The position numbers and the translations under genes were made by a program. A stretch of DNA of 64,000 nt, taken from a virus. The stretch lies in IMG/VR virus record IMGVR_UViG_3300043177_000234; one strand, 5' to 3'. This document shows, piece by piece, positions 47,088 to 57,465 of this stretch; within the stretch, counting starts at the first letter, position 1, and each line of letters opens with the position of its first letter. The notes beneath the pieces are model-generated. The model had not been told where the DNA came from and did no database searches. It saw only the letters and a list, made by a program, of their open reading frames with translations.

Positions 47088-47510
47088 TTATTGTGCCGCT
47101 ATATAGTCAGATGGAATAAACTTGAGATTGTCATCACCATCAGCTTTAGACAAGAACATGCTTGTCAATACTGCGGGATTCCCAACCAGCGTTATCATAT
47201 CGCGGTTCTTCATGAATTCCACACGTCCTTCGTCATTAAGATAATATACTCGTGACACACCGGCATTCTTCAACTCATGCTGACATAGCATACAAGGCTT
47301 CGCACTCTTCACCTCTCTTGCGTCCGCAGCACTAGAGTTGTTAAAACGATAAACATAAATCTTGCACCCGCGAATACGTTTACCCATCTTTTTGATAAGA
47401 TGGATTTCAGCATGCGTGCTGCAAAGAAATGTGGATTTGCCACGAATATAGCGGAGGCTATTCACGCCGACACAAATCGGTTTGCCGCCTGAAATGGCCA
47501 AGGCGATCAC
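47088..47510 (-). CDS. Zn-dependent cytidine/dCMP deaminase-fold protein
   Basis: HAE and KPCMLC motifs. Confidence 0.8.
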   Translation of the reverse strand: MIALAISGGKPICVGVNSLRYIRGKSTFLCSTHAEIHLIKKMGKRIRGCKIYVYRFNNSSAADAREVKSAKPCMLCQHELKNAGVSRVYYLNDEGRVEFMKNRDMITLVGNPAVLTSMFLSKADGDDNLKFIPSDYIAAQ

Positions 47511-50082
47511 CTGATGCCGAAGATTATCATCTCTAAATTCAGAAGCGATACTCTCAGCGAGGTACTACAAAACTCCGAAAACTCATAAATATACCCTTAT
47601 TGTTTGCCACTTTTATCTAGCACACACAGCGCCTCTCTTTTGCGAGAGGTAGCTATCCGCCACAGCAGCGCATCTTTAGAGCACGCTCTCTTACGGCACA
47701 GATGCCAATAGGTTACATAAAAGAGCTGTTACATTATCCCGTTCTCCGTGGTTGTCAGCATTCAGCAACTCGAACATGTCATCGGCACGGCGCGGCATAA
47801 TTTACCGGTCTTCTTTATTATTAAAGATAGACTTCATTAATAATATCAAATTCAGCTTGATAGTATCCGAAAGATGCCTTAAGATCTTTGAGGAATTCAT
47901 GACTCATCTTGACACGATCTTCCTCAGCACGCTGCTTGACCATTAATGCGTGCGCTACTTTGACATCATGCAATTCCCTCGCCAAAGGGAGGCGCCTTAT
48001 CATGTACGCCTGCCTCAGTACCAATGCTAATATGCCATTCTTCGGAGTAGGTTCGGAATATTGCCCACCCCCCAATGCGGATCACATGTCCCGCGCAGAG
48101 CTCCTGCGTAATAAATTATTTGTTTGTATCTTCTGATTCATCGGTTTGACGAAAATCATCATGCTGGCTAAGCATATACTTGATGGCAGAGATCACGTAC
48201 TGCGTTGCTATCTCTGAGGTAAACTCTTCCGCATGCATTGTGGATTTGATTAGTTGCACAGCCTCATCATCAAGCACCCGCACGCGTTTAGCGCATTACG
48301 TGGGCCCCAATCCGATTCATCTTGAGCTGGTGAGCCAACTCGATATCTGCAGTAGTCATGCGTTCCTTATTGCACAAAACTTGCTGTGTGATAGTAGTAA
48401 ATTCCCGAGAGATTTCAAAGCCCTAACTGTGCCACGCAAGATACGGGAGGGCTTCTTATAGCATCAATCGTGCCGCCGCAGATACTTCTTCAGAGGAGGT
48501 ATCACTGGGCGTTCGTCAGTGGAGCGGTCACGAGCGGCCTCCAACTGCATAAGGCGGGTAATCTCTTCCCGATGTTGCTCGTTGGGTTTAAATAGCGCAG
48601 CCATTTCTTTGATGGTATAGAAAAGACGGTGTGGTTTATCGCCAAATCTATATGCGTCGTTAAGTAGATGTCCTACCCATTTACGGAGTGTTTCGTCGTC
48701 CACAGCGGTTCCTTATCAGGCAATAGCCTTTTTAATCCTACCATTCTAGAATAGCCCAATATATCTTTGGGCTCAACCACCTGTGTTGTAAGGTACTCCG
48801 GCGAGTCAGTAGGACTCGGTATGCCGTAATACCGGTATATGCTCGGCCATTTGAAGTACAACACTACCGTTTCACGCGTAACTGTATAGTGATTCTCTGC
48901 AAGACTAAACCACAGCCACGGTCTACCTTTCCAAATAAATTGCGGAATCAAATCGCGCGTTATGATGTTCGGCAGGTTTTTTGACCTGAGTAAGGCGAGC
49001 GGCTATTCGTTGGTGCCTGGCAATCTCAATATCAGCCAGGTATCTAAAGAAGGGGCGCACTGTTACTCCTGTCTTACAGAATTCCGGCAGTTTCTTATTG
49101 CACAAAAGTCCTAGAAAACTGGGGGAATTTTTTTCGGTAGGGTCGGATGTTGCACAAGGGTTGAAAAATTGAGCGGCAAATCGGGGTCCCTATAGCACTT
49201 TTAACCCCCTTTGGACGCTCAAATATTTTTTCAAAGACCCTGTTTTCTCACTTTTCGATCGACCCTTCCGGAAAAATCGCAACCTCTTCTGGAAAATTTT
49301 CGACCTCTTCGTGTTTTTCAGCAACCCCCTCCTCAGAAATTGGGGCGGCTTCCCCTTCCTGTTCGGCTTGTTCGCCCATTTCCAGTAGAGCATCAGGGTA
49401 GTATGGAAGTGTTCGGGTAGGCGTGGTCTCTCTAGCTGACCGTGTGACCCGGGGATACTTTCGGAATGCAAATGCTGCTGTAACAAGTGTGCCTAGTGCA
49501 GCGGTCATGAGTAGTAGTTTTCTAATCATTCGGTTTTCCAGAATGGTTTACATGGTGTGGTTAGCTGGTCTTCGGGACTTGGCATTTGCTTTGTGGAGCG
49601 GCCAAGTGGGTCTATGACATAGCAGTAGGCATTCTTTCGGTGGTCGTAATTGGTGGCGACGATATAACCTCGGGTGCCAGAGACATGTATGATTTCCTGG
49701 TCTTTTTATAGGCCGGTGGTTCGGGTAGGATGTGTGTGATTTCGAGTGGGGCAACTTGCAGATCGTGTGAGGGAGGGGGTCATCTACATTGCGCACATTG
49801 TAATAGCCGGTGTCTCGGCTATACTCAAGCACTCGATACACTCCTTCGCCGATGTAGCTTTGTAAGGTTACGAAGTCTTCGGGATTGGGGTACATATTTT
49901 CACCAGTTTCTCGTAGTGGGTGTCGGCAACCCAACCGGGTTTGTAATTCTCCCATAGCACAAAAACTCGTTCTCAGAGGCGGGGAGGGTAGGAGTTGTCT
50001 ATGTATTCTTCGTAAATTTCTGCAATGACACCTACTAGACACTCGTGTTCGCGGTTGGGGACATCAGCGCTATGGAACCAAG

Positions 50083-50406
50083 CTACTCGATCTCCGATTC
50101 GGAAGGGGTTTTTGTGGTGCAGCATTTGATTAACTCCAATTCATGAAACCAGTAGGGCCCATCGGGAATTTGGTTTCCTAAATAATCAAATAAATCAAGA
50201 TAATAGGTCCAACCTGATGGTCCGCGCCACCCTTCGCCAGCTACATTAGCTGTATCGTCATCGCGCCACATTGGGTAGCTATAGACTATCCCGTAAGCAG
50301 CAGTTGTAAACAGCCAGTCCATACTGGTGTCGTAGAATTCTGTGGCGGTAATATATACCTTATCACCCCGCTTCAGCGTAGGCCGTTGTGTTATTTCTGG
50401 CAGCAT
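50083..50406 (-). CDS. Hypothetical protein
   Basis: ORF track. Confidence 0.5.
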   Translation of the reverse strand: MLPEITQRPTLKRGDKVYITATEFYDTSMDWLFTTAAYGIVYSYPMWRDDDTANVAGEGWRGPSGWTYYLDLFDYLGNQIPDGPYWFHELELIKCCTTKTPSESEIE

Positions 50407-50647
50407 TCTATAAGCTCCAGTTCGTGGTAGTGGGCTTAATCGAAGAATTAGTTATTATCAATAATTTCAAGATGATACCATCACTGTTACAACCAGACAC
50501 TTCAGCGATTCCCTCATCGTCTTCGTATCCAGCCACCGAGTCTCATGCATTGCTCTGGCCCGATAACCGGTTGCAGTTAGCATGGAGGGTTCAGTAAATT
50601 CGTTTTTAATTATATATACCCAGTTACCACGCTTGAAGCGGGGTGAC

Positions 50648-50956
50648 TCACTCATTTGCTGGCCCATCGATAGCTACCATCATTACCTGGTCATTACAAG
50701 GAACAAGGACAAAATTAGTTGCCCCAGCTATAGTTGCCGCAAAGTGACAAAGGTCAGTCCTAGTATCATGAAAGTAGAAGCTTGCCTTAAAGCTCTCAGC
50801 CTCGTAGTAGTGGGCAGGGCGGGAGGTAGGCGAGGGTGGCCGTGGAGTGATCCCGCAGCCGATCAGCAGGGCCAGCATAGCCACCACGCCAACCATCATC
50901 AACACGCCCGTAAAGGTAGCAAAGAGAACTCGCTCAATATTAATGCTCATAGACAC
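50648..50956 (-). CDS. Putative membrane protein or lipoprotein
   Basis: Long hydrophobic N-terminus ending in LIGC. Confidence 0.55.
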   Translation of the reverse strand: MSMSINIERVLFATFTGVLMMVGVVAMLALLIGCGITPRPPSPTSRPAHYYEAESFKASFYFHDTRTDLCHFAATIAGATNFVLVPCNDQVMMVAIDGPANE

Positions 50957-51559
50957 TCCTGGGTTCTCGGGCAGATTCGCTCCGAGTATGTAGCGGTGTA
51001 CCTAGTGAGGTAATTAATTATTGGTCCTGTCTGTACGGCAAGGTATGTCCCGCGCACGCATACGCGCGATCGCGCACGATCAGTAGGTGTGAACGGATGT
51101 TCATAATGTAAGTTATTTATTAACTGCCAGATAGGGTATACACTGAGGGCAGTAGAGATCAGGTAGGAGGGCCGGAGTTCATGGAGTATATTCCCCCGGC
51201 GGCCCCGTGATCTTATAGATCGCTTTTTTCCCAAAAATATTTGAAACCGTGGACTCTAAACTATTATTGCTACCAGCAGGAGTTAATGTTAGTAATTAAT
51301 TAACCGAAAAAGTTTCGACACTACCCCCTTTTGCAAAACCATATGCCTATTACGAGGCATGCGTGGGCCCTAAGACGGCCTGTAATTTTTGCTAATGGGG
51401 TCAGCAAAGATCGGGTGAGAGGACCCTCATGCTCCCGCGTTTATTTGCGTGCTTTTTGACGCTCTCGCTTCTGGTTATTCTTAAGCGGAGGATGGCAGAG
51501 CCCGCAGTCTTGGTGGCCGGCGATGTTAGGGCGGCGAGTGCGTTTATATCCAGGCTTTT

Positions 51560-51838
51560 TCATGTGGACACACCTTGGCGGATAGCGAGGGCCTCATCTT
51601 GCGTGAGGCTCCTGGGTTGCGGCTCCACGATAGGCTCCTCAGGAGCCATATCAGCACGGGCATGGGCTTTGCCGCACTCAGGGTGGAAGCGAACGGTGTT
51701 AATCATACCGTCCTCCACATACCGCTGCTCGCGATATTTCTCACCCTTTTTGATATGGGCCCAGCACCACATGCACTGCCAGATTGAAGATGTCCCAGGG
51801 CGGTGTGCGACGCGAGTGATATCAGCAAGTACAGTCAT
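51560..51838 (-). CDS. Small Zn-finger-like hypothetical protein
   Basis: CMWC...HPECG. Confidence 0.55.
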   Translation of the reverse strand: MTVLADITRVAHRPGTSSIWQCMWCWAHIKKGEKYREQRYVEDGMINTVRFHPECGKAHARADMAPEEPIVEPQPRSLTQDEALAIRQGVST

Positions 51839-52519
51839 CTATTTATCCGCTGTTCCAATTTCTCTAGGAAAACCGTGTACCCAGGGAGGTGTTCACGGAT
51901 AATGTCCTCAGCCTCGTCAAGCAGGAGCTCGACCTCGGTAAGTTCGGCTTTAAGACGATTGACGTAGTGAGAGCCTTTGGATTCTCCGGGATTTTAATGG
52001 GGTGTGCGCAGGGCCCATCATGTCCTTCCGCGCGCGTGTGGCTCAGACCGGATCGATCAGGCCGACCAGGGTGCGCACGCCGAAGCCGACGCCGCCCTTG
52101 GCGATGTAGCCCCACTCCTTGTCGGTGTCCGCCGGACCCGCGGCCAACGAGAAACGGCTGCGCACCGTCGGCCGTCCAGGTGCCACCTCCGCTCATGCCA
52201 CCCAGATCGGGCACCGCTTCGACCTCGCCGGTACGCGGATCGATGGCCTCTGGCCCTAGCGTGATGGGCAGGGCTGCGGGCCGTTGGTCGTCGACAGCCG
52301 CAGGGTCGTAAACACTCTCCGCGACGAGTCCGAGGTGACGGCGCATCCCGGGGAGCAGGTCGCTCCGCTGCGCCGCCGGGACCCCGCTGAGCAAGAACGG
52401 GAGTGGAACCTCCGGCAACTCCCGCGCGACGAAGACCGCCAAGGCGTCCGCGTCGACCGCCCGCCCCGACAGCGGCACGCTACCCATGGCAGTCGACTCG
52501 ACCTCAGCGCGATCTATCT

Positions 52520-52842
52520 CGATCCGCGACGGCGCGCCCGCGGATCGCGCCGGCGTGAAGGCGCAGGACAAGATCGTGAAGATCGGCGAGGAGTCCACGG
52601 TCAACATGGGCCTCGACGAGGCCGTCGAGCGCCTGCGCGGCAAGCCCGGCACGCCCGTGGTGATCTGGATTCTGCGCAAGGGCTGGGAGGAGCCGCAGCG
52701 CTTCGAGATCGTGCGCGACATCATCAAGATCGACTCGGTGACGAGCCAGCTCCTCGCGATCGCGCCCGCGGTCCAGGGCAAGGACGCCAAGCCCGCGAAG
52801 GACGCCCGCGATCCCAAGGAGGCGCCGCGCGTCGGCTACGTG
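52520..52842 (+). pseudogene. GC-rich fragment of a cellular carboxyl-terminal protease (S41, PDZ region)
   Basis: DGAPADRAGVKAQDKIVKI...AVERLRGKPGTPV...IVRDIIKI...VGYV; no start codon and no catalytic domain. Confidence 0.8.
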
Positions 52843-53066
52843 AATCTTCCGCTTTGAGTTTGCGGCGGGCCCATCTGCGGAGCGCCGGCCTTCTCTTGTG
52901 GTGATAGCGATTGCAGCAGTCGCAGTGCATTCCGCCAGGACCACGCTTTCCATGCATGATTTTTGCCATCGGATCAGCCTGTGTCCTCCAAAAGAAAACC
53001 AGCGGGGTTGGCTACCCGCATCTCCCGGATACAATCCGGGGCTTTAATTAAGCTATGGTTAAGGGA

Positions 53067-53137
53067 TTGGTCTAAAAGGCGTCGGTGGGGCATTTGTTTT
53101 CAACCATAGAAAGATAACCCGCTAACTGTCGGACCAA
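53067..53137 (-). ncRNA. Y-RNA-like RNA, free-standing copy 4
   Basis: UUGGUC[C]GA/UAGACCAA; upper stem GUUAGCGGG/CCCACCGAC (7 of 9 pairs); UUAUC. Confidence 0.7.
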
Positions 53138-53146
53138 AAGAGAGTC

Positions 53147-53210
53147 GGGTCAAAAGAGCGGCTATGGGGATTGTCTGGTAAATATAGATAACCCATGTGC
53201 CTGCAGACCC
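53147..53210 (-). ncRNA. Y-RNA-like RNA, variant copy 5
   Basis: GGGUC-UGCA/UU-GACCC; upper stem GGC..AUGGG/CCCAU.GCC; UUAUC; in tandem with copy 4. Confidence 0.55.
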
Positions 53211-53218
53211 AGAAAAGG

Positions 53219-53366
53219 TGCGATACGGTAGTTGCGGCGGCATCACAACCCCGTAATTTTTACGATACATCTGTCTGGTATTCAACTTTCCGGCGTGTAG
53301 TGCGGCGCCTGGAACTTTACTCGTCAGAACAGATTATCCTTGCCCTTACCTCGCTACCGTATCGCA
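53219..53366 (-). ncRNA. Long imperfect hairpin with a central bubble (6S-like architecture)
   Basis: 13-bp perfect terminal inverted repeat TGCGATACGGTAG/CTACCGTATCGCA; inner stems ATCTGT.CTG/CAGACAGAT and TTCC.GGCG/CGCCGGAA. Confidence 0.45.
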
Positions 53367-53444
53367 GGGGTAGTATGGGACGAGGTGGGTGGTTGGACGC
53401 CAACTATTTAACTTGTTCAGCGTCAGCGACGGGGACCACGCCCG

Positions 53445-53759
53445 TCACGCGTAGTTGGTCTCCATATTCGGCGGGCTGTAAAGCCACTGGTGGTAGGTCA
53501 ACTCCACCCTGCGTCCCGTGCGCATGGCCTCCTGTACCTGTGCCACTGCCTCAGGTTCGACCGTAAAGGTGAATTTCTCAGCCTGCACAGCCGACATACC
53601 AGCAGGAAGAGCCATCAACAACTCCCCCTCCCAGGACTTGAGGATCACACCTTTTTCTGAGAGCTTGGTGACCACACCCACACGGGTGCCAGTCGAGTAA
53701 TTGGGAAAGCAGGCTGAGAGACCCGCCGCAAACAAAACTGCCAACATCATACGCTTCAT
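53445..53759 (-). CDS. Conserved small lipoprotein
   Basis: LSAC lipobox; NYSTGTRVGVVTKLSEKG...SWEG. Confidence 0.7.
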   Translation of the reverse strand: MKRMMLAVLFAAGLSACFPNYSTGTRVGVVTKLSEKGVILKSWEGELLMALPAGMSAVQAEKFTFTVEPEAVAQVQEAMRTGRRVELTYHQWLYSPPNMETNYA

Positions 53760-53767
53760 GTATTCTC

Positions 53768-54557
53768 CTATTCAAAATCGCTGTCATCCAGTGCCAACAC
53801 CCGCTGCTCTTGCTGCTTTGCCGCCAGTTTGGCCGCCCGCTTCGCCTTGCGCTTTTTATTCTTGGGGCTATCCTCGGTACGGAAGCTCCACTTATCATAT
53901 CCGTGTGCATGTGCTTTCAATTCATCAGTAGTCTTGGGGATAGGATTAACCTGCTGCGCAAGGTTATTGCCCAGGAACATTGAAAGCTCCTGGTAAGCAG
54001 TGAATGGGTCCATAACCGTATGAAAATTAAGCAGACGCAAATTGGGATTGATGAGGAGAGTTTTCACCGCAATCACGGGGCCTTTTCACGGATGAATGCC
54101 TCATCATCAATTTTACCGTGGGTTTTCATATGTTCGTGCCACGCTTCCCAGGTGGCGACATTCAATGCCCCCAACCACCACCGTGGGGTCCAGGAGTGTG
54201 AGACTTCTTACCCGCCAGCGCAACCAGCATTTCCTTGAGTGGGTCGGTCAGATGCCGGTAGCCGGTCTCACCGTTGTAGCTCTTAATCTTTTTATTGAGT
54301 GCCGACACAATCTGGGCAAGAGTATAACAAACGGTATCGGAAACAATCCAGAACGGATACGCTCTGCCACAGAATGCTACACAACCCATCTCCGACCGGC
54401 CTCGGGGACTACCATAGCCCCATCGGCTGTCCCCGGGCATGTGCGGCTGCAGGAGAGGCATGACATGATTGGCCGCCCAGCTCCTCTCCTTGGTTTCGTA
54501 CTCGGCAGGCTGGCGCAAGTAGAAGGGGTGTGGGTCCCGGTCATTGGCCAGAACCAC
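53768..54557 (-). CDS. Conserved phage hypothetical protein, split by a frameshift
   Basis: N-terminal ORF 54162-54557 and C-terminal ORF 53768-54076 (DPFTAYQELSMFLGN...HGYDKWSFR). Confidence 0.5.
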
Positions 54558-54680
54558 ATCATAGTAGTCGCGGAAGGGGGGCTGGCGATTTTCATGACAT
54601 CTTCCTCATCGTCATACGGCACCGCAGAATGTCATAGCCGTACTAACGCTCGGCCTCAACCCAAAACACGTCCTGCTAGA

Positions 54681-55069
54681 CCCAAGAGGCCCTAGAGGCC
54701 CCAGAGGCCCCAGAGGCCCCAGAGGCCCAAGAGGCCCTAGAGGCCCCAGAGGCCCCAGAGGCCCCAGAGGCCCAAGAGGCCCCAGAGGCCCAAGAGGCCC
54801 CAGAGGCCCCAGAGGCCCCAGAGGCCCAAGAGGCCCCAGAGGCCCCAGAGGCCCCAGAGGCCCTAGAGGCCCCGGAATAAAGAAGAGCAACAGGATTAAT
54901 CATATATCACCCAGAGGCCCTAGAAGGCCCAGAGGCCCCAGAGGCCCCAGAGGCCCCAGAGGCCCCAGAGGCCCAAGAGGCCCAAGAGGCCCCAGAGGCC
55001 CAAGAGGCCCAAGAGGCCCCGGAATAAAGAAGAGCAACAGGATTAATCATATATCACCCAGAGGCCCTA
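54681..55069. repeat. Tandem 9-bp repeat GAGGCCC(C/A/T)A: arrays of 21 and 12 units, each followed by an identical 39-bp spacer
   Basis: Read directly; spacer GAATAAAGAAGAGCAACAGGATTAATCATATATCACCCA at 54875-54913 and 55022-55060. Confidence 0.95.
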
Positions 55070-55132
55070 AAATAATACAAAATGATTTATCATTAAAATG
55101 AAAGCCCTAGGAAGGTTATCCTCCTCATGTTG

Positions 55133-55459
55133 TCAGCGAACGGTCGTCGATGTGGGGATCGAGTGCAGAACAACATCAAACACAATTGTGTCTTTCTTTA
55201 CTCGCAAAATGCTTTCATCCCCCATATACTCGACACTTTGTGGGGCATTCCTACCTTGCGCCTGGAAAAAGGCACCAAAGCGACCAACTTCCTGAACCCA
55301 AGACGGAGTACGGAAATAGACATGCGACTCAGTCACGCGAACACACTCTCCAGTAAAGATCCACAACGTCGCGGTCTGAATGATATAATTCTCTCCCACA
55401 ACAAAGTCAGCAGAATCTTCATCGCAAACTTCAAGCTCATCAACTTCATTTTCTTGCAT
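55133..55459 (-). CDS. Hypothetical protein
   Basis: ORF track. Confidence 0.55.
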   Translation of the reverse strand: MQENEVDELEVCDEDSADFVVGENYIIQTATLWIFTGECVRVTESHVYFRTPSWVQEVGRFGAFFQAQGRNAPQSVEYMGDESILRVKKDTIVFDVVLHSIPTSTTVR

Positions 55460-55684
55460 ATTATACTCTACTTTTTTGTTTATAGGTCTTTGCCCTACAC
55501 CAATATCTTGCTTTGTACTAGTGGCGGTAATTAATTACCACCCTTGCTCGACGATGCGCATGGTATCCATATTGAGTGGAAGGTCAGGCAACTTTTGATT
55601 TGATTCCGAGCATCCTGTAGCTTGAGTTGCCATTTTGGTTTCTTCCTAATATCTCCCTTGTGAGTGCGGAAACTCCACTGAAGA

Positions 55685-56953
55685 TCAGAAAGCGCCGCCT
55701 GCAACATTCCCTACTCCACATTCTGACCCAAAGCGGTAGTCGAGGTCTTCCCTCATACGCTGTGGATCATAGGACAGTGTTTCAAGCCAGCCATTACAGT
55801 TGTCGGTCATGAGGTGCCATGTGGCGTAGTCGCCAGCCACGAATCCGCCGACGCTGTAGTTATTACTCGCGCAATCTTCAGTTACGAGGGCGATGTCCTC
55901 CGTTGGGCTGTAGTTGTAATTGTAACCCTGCACAGGCTCATCACTGAAGAAGATCACTCGCCGGCGCATGTGTTCAGGCCACTCGAGACGCAGATTATTC
56001 ACGTTATTCACACTCCAAATACCATACGGGATGTATTCATCACCCCCAGGCGTGCCATTGTCGTTGTAGAAACTTTCAAGAGCATCGCACGCACCGGCAG
56101 GGCCGACAAAATCAATGACATTCACGATATGTGGTTCAGTTGTATAGTCTCCCGCAACAGCCTGAATTGCGAACTTGCTGTTGGAGAAGATGTCTGCATC
56201 AGACCAATCACACAGTGCCTCAATCACCGCTTCAATGGTGCCGGCCATACTACCTGAGAAGTCAATTGAGATGAGGAATGCATCAGCGATAGTGTCCCCA
56301 TCATCCTCATCTGTAAAGCCATCACAATCGTCATCATCGCCGTTGCCGCAAATTTCTTCTGTAGGCTTAACCTCTCCGAAAAGATATTCCAAGCCATTTT
56401 CGCACCGCCTGATGCCCGCCCGACACTCCCCGACGTTGAGAGTTTCCTCTGGGCCTGTATACTCAAAATCATCTTCGTAGCTCAAATCAGGGTCTGCGGA
56501 ATCGGTTAGACCATCACAGTCATTGTCTTCACCGTCGCACACCTCGTCACCATACAGTAGCGAGACCGGATGACACAGTAGCTCGCCGTCCGGCTGGCAC
56601 AACTGCATGGAGTAACGGCACTCACCCACCCCATTGCAGGTATTGCGGTAGTCATACCACTCGTACGCGATGTCGTTGTGGAGACCATCGCAGTTCTCAT
56701 CCACGTTATCGGGATCGCATACCTCTGCAGAGATAGGGGTGAAGTCCGGACACGTCAAGGTCACGGATCGATCCTCATTACGCTCGCAGACGGTTAGACC
56801 AACGTTGCAAGTAACGTCATACGCCTCATCTTCAAGACGAAGGATACCGTCCCTGTCCACAGCGCATGGGACGTTGCATTGCGGGATAGGGACGAGAGCA
56901 TCGTCTACAGCGCAGCCGCTCATCAGAAGAAGCGCAGGTGCAGCATATCTCAT
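55685..56953 (-). CDS. Lipoprotein with Cys/Asp-rich putative metal-binding repeats and a vWA domain
   Basis: MSGC lipobox; EVCDxxDNDCDG repeats; MIDAS motif DFSGS. Confidence 0.82.
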   Translation of the reverse strand: MRYAAPALLLMSGCAVDDALVPIPQCNVPCAVDRDGILRLEDEAYDVTCNVGLTVCERNEDRSVTLTCPDFTPISAEVCDPDNVDENCDGLHNDIAYEWYDYRNTCNGVGECRYSMQLCQPDGELLCHPVSLLYGDEVCDGEDNDCDGLTDSADPDLSYEDDFEYTGPEETLNVGECRAGIRRCENGLEYLFGEVKPTEEICGNGDDDDCDGFTDEDDGDTIADAFLISIDFSGSMAGTIEAVIEALCDWSDADIFSNSKFAIQAVAGDYTTEPHIVNVIDFVGPAGACDALESFYNDNGTPGGDEYIPYGIWSVNNVNNLRLEWPEHMRRRVIFFSDEPVQGYNYNYSPTEDIALVTEDCASNNYSVGGFVAGDYATWHLMTDNCNGWLETLSYDPQRMREDLDYRFGSECGVGNVAGGAF

Positions 56954-56956
56954 AAC

Positions 56957-57433
56957 TCACCCACCCACTACCCAGAGCATCATCTTGGCTTTCGAGGAAA
57001 ATTCTACAGGAATCTTGGCACGCTTAAAGTGGCGCTCAAGAGGGAATTGGTATACACCAATGCCAAAGATAACATCCCCGCCATTACACTCGTCGCATGA
57101 AAGCGCATCGCTGTCCACCCTGTGGAACCCAGCATACCGCAACATCTTGCGATAGCCGGGGATGTATTTATCGCATTCTGCTCGGAACGCGCGTGTCACA
57201 AAATCGCCCGGCTCACCTTCAAACTCATTCAAATCATACCGTGCGAGTACGGCTTTGTATCGCGGCTTGTAGACTGGTTCCTCGCTATCATGCTCGCGCC
57301 CTTCGACCAAATCCTCGTCATCGTAATTCTCGGCTGCGTTAAAAACAGCCGTGATTTCATCAGCCAGCTCCTTGGGAAACAGGTCTGCAACCTTGACTCC
57401 GAATACACCACACGGATACCAGTGCCAGCTCAT
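56957..57433 (-). CDS. Hypothetical protein
   Basis: ORF track. Confidence 0.55.
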   Translation of the reverse strand: MSWHWYPCGVFGVKVADLFPKELADEITAVFNAAENYDDEDLVEGREHDSEEPVYKPRYKAVLARYDLNEFEGEPGDFVTRAFRAECDKYIPGYRKMLRYAGFHRVDSDALSCDECNGGDVIFGIGVYQFPLERHFKRAKIPVEFSSKAKMMLWVVGG

Positions 57434-57465
57434 AATTAACTCCCGGTTAGTAGTAAATCGTTAAC

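Noticed and set aside
51864-53034. Long overlapping ORFs (317, 206 and 176 aa) as real genes
   Set aside because: They arise from stop-poor GC-rich captured fragments and join unrelated pieces.
54681-55069. CRISPR array
   Set aside because: The units are 9-bp tandem repeats without unique spacers, the two 39-bp interruptions are identical, and no cas genes are present.
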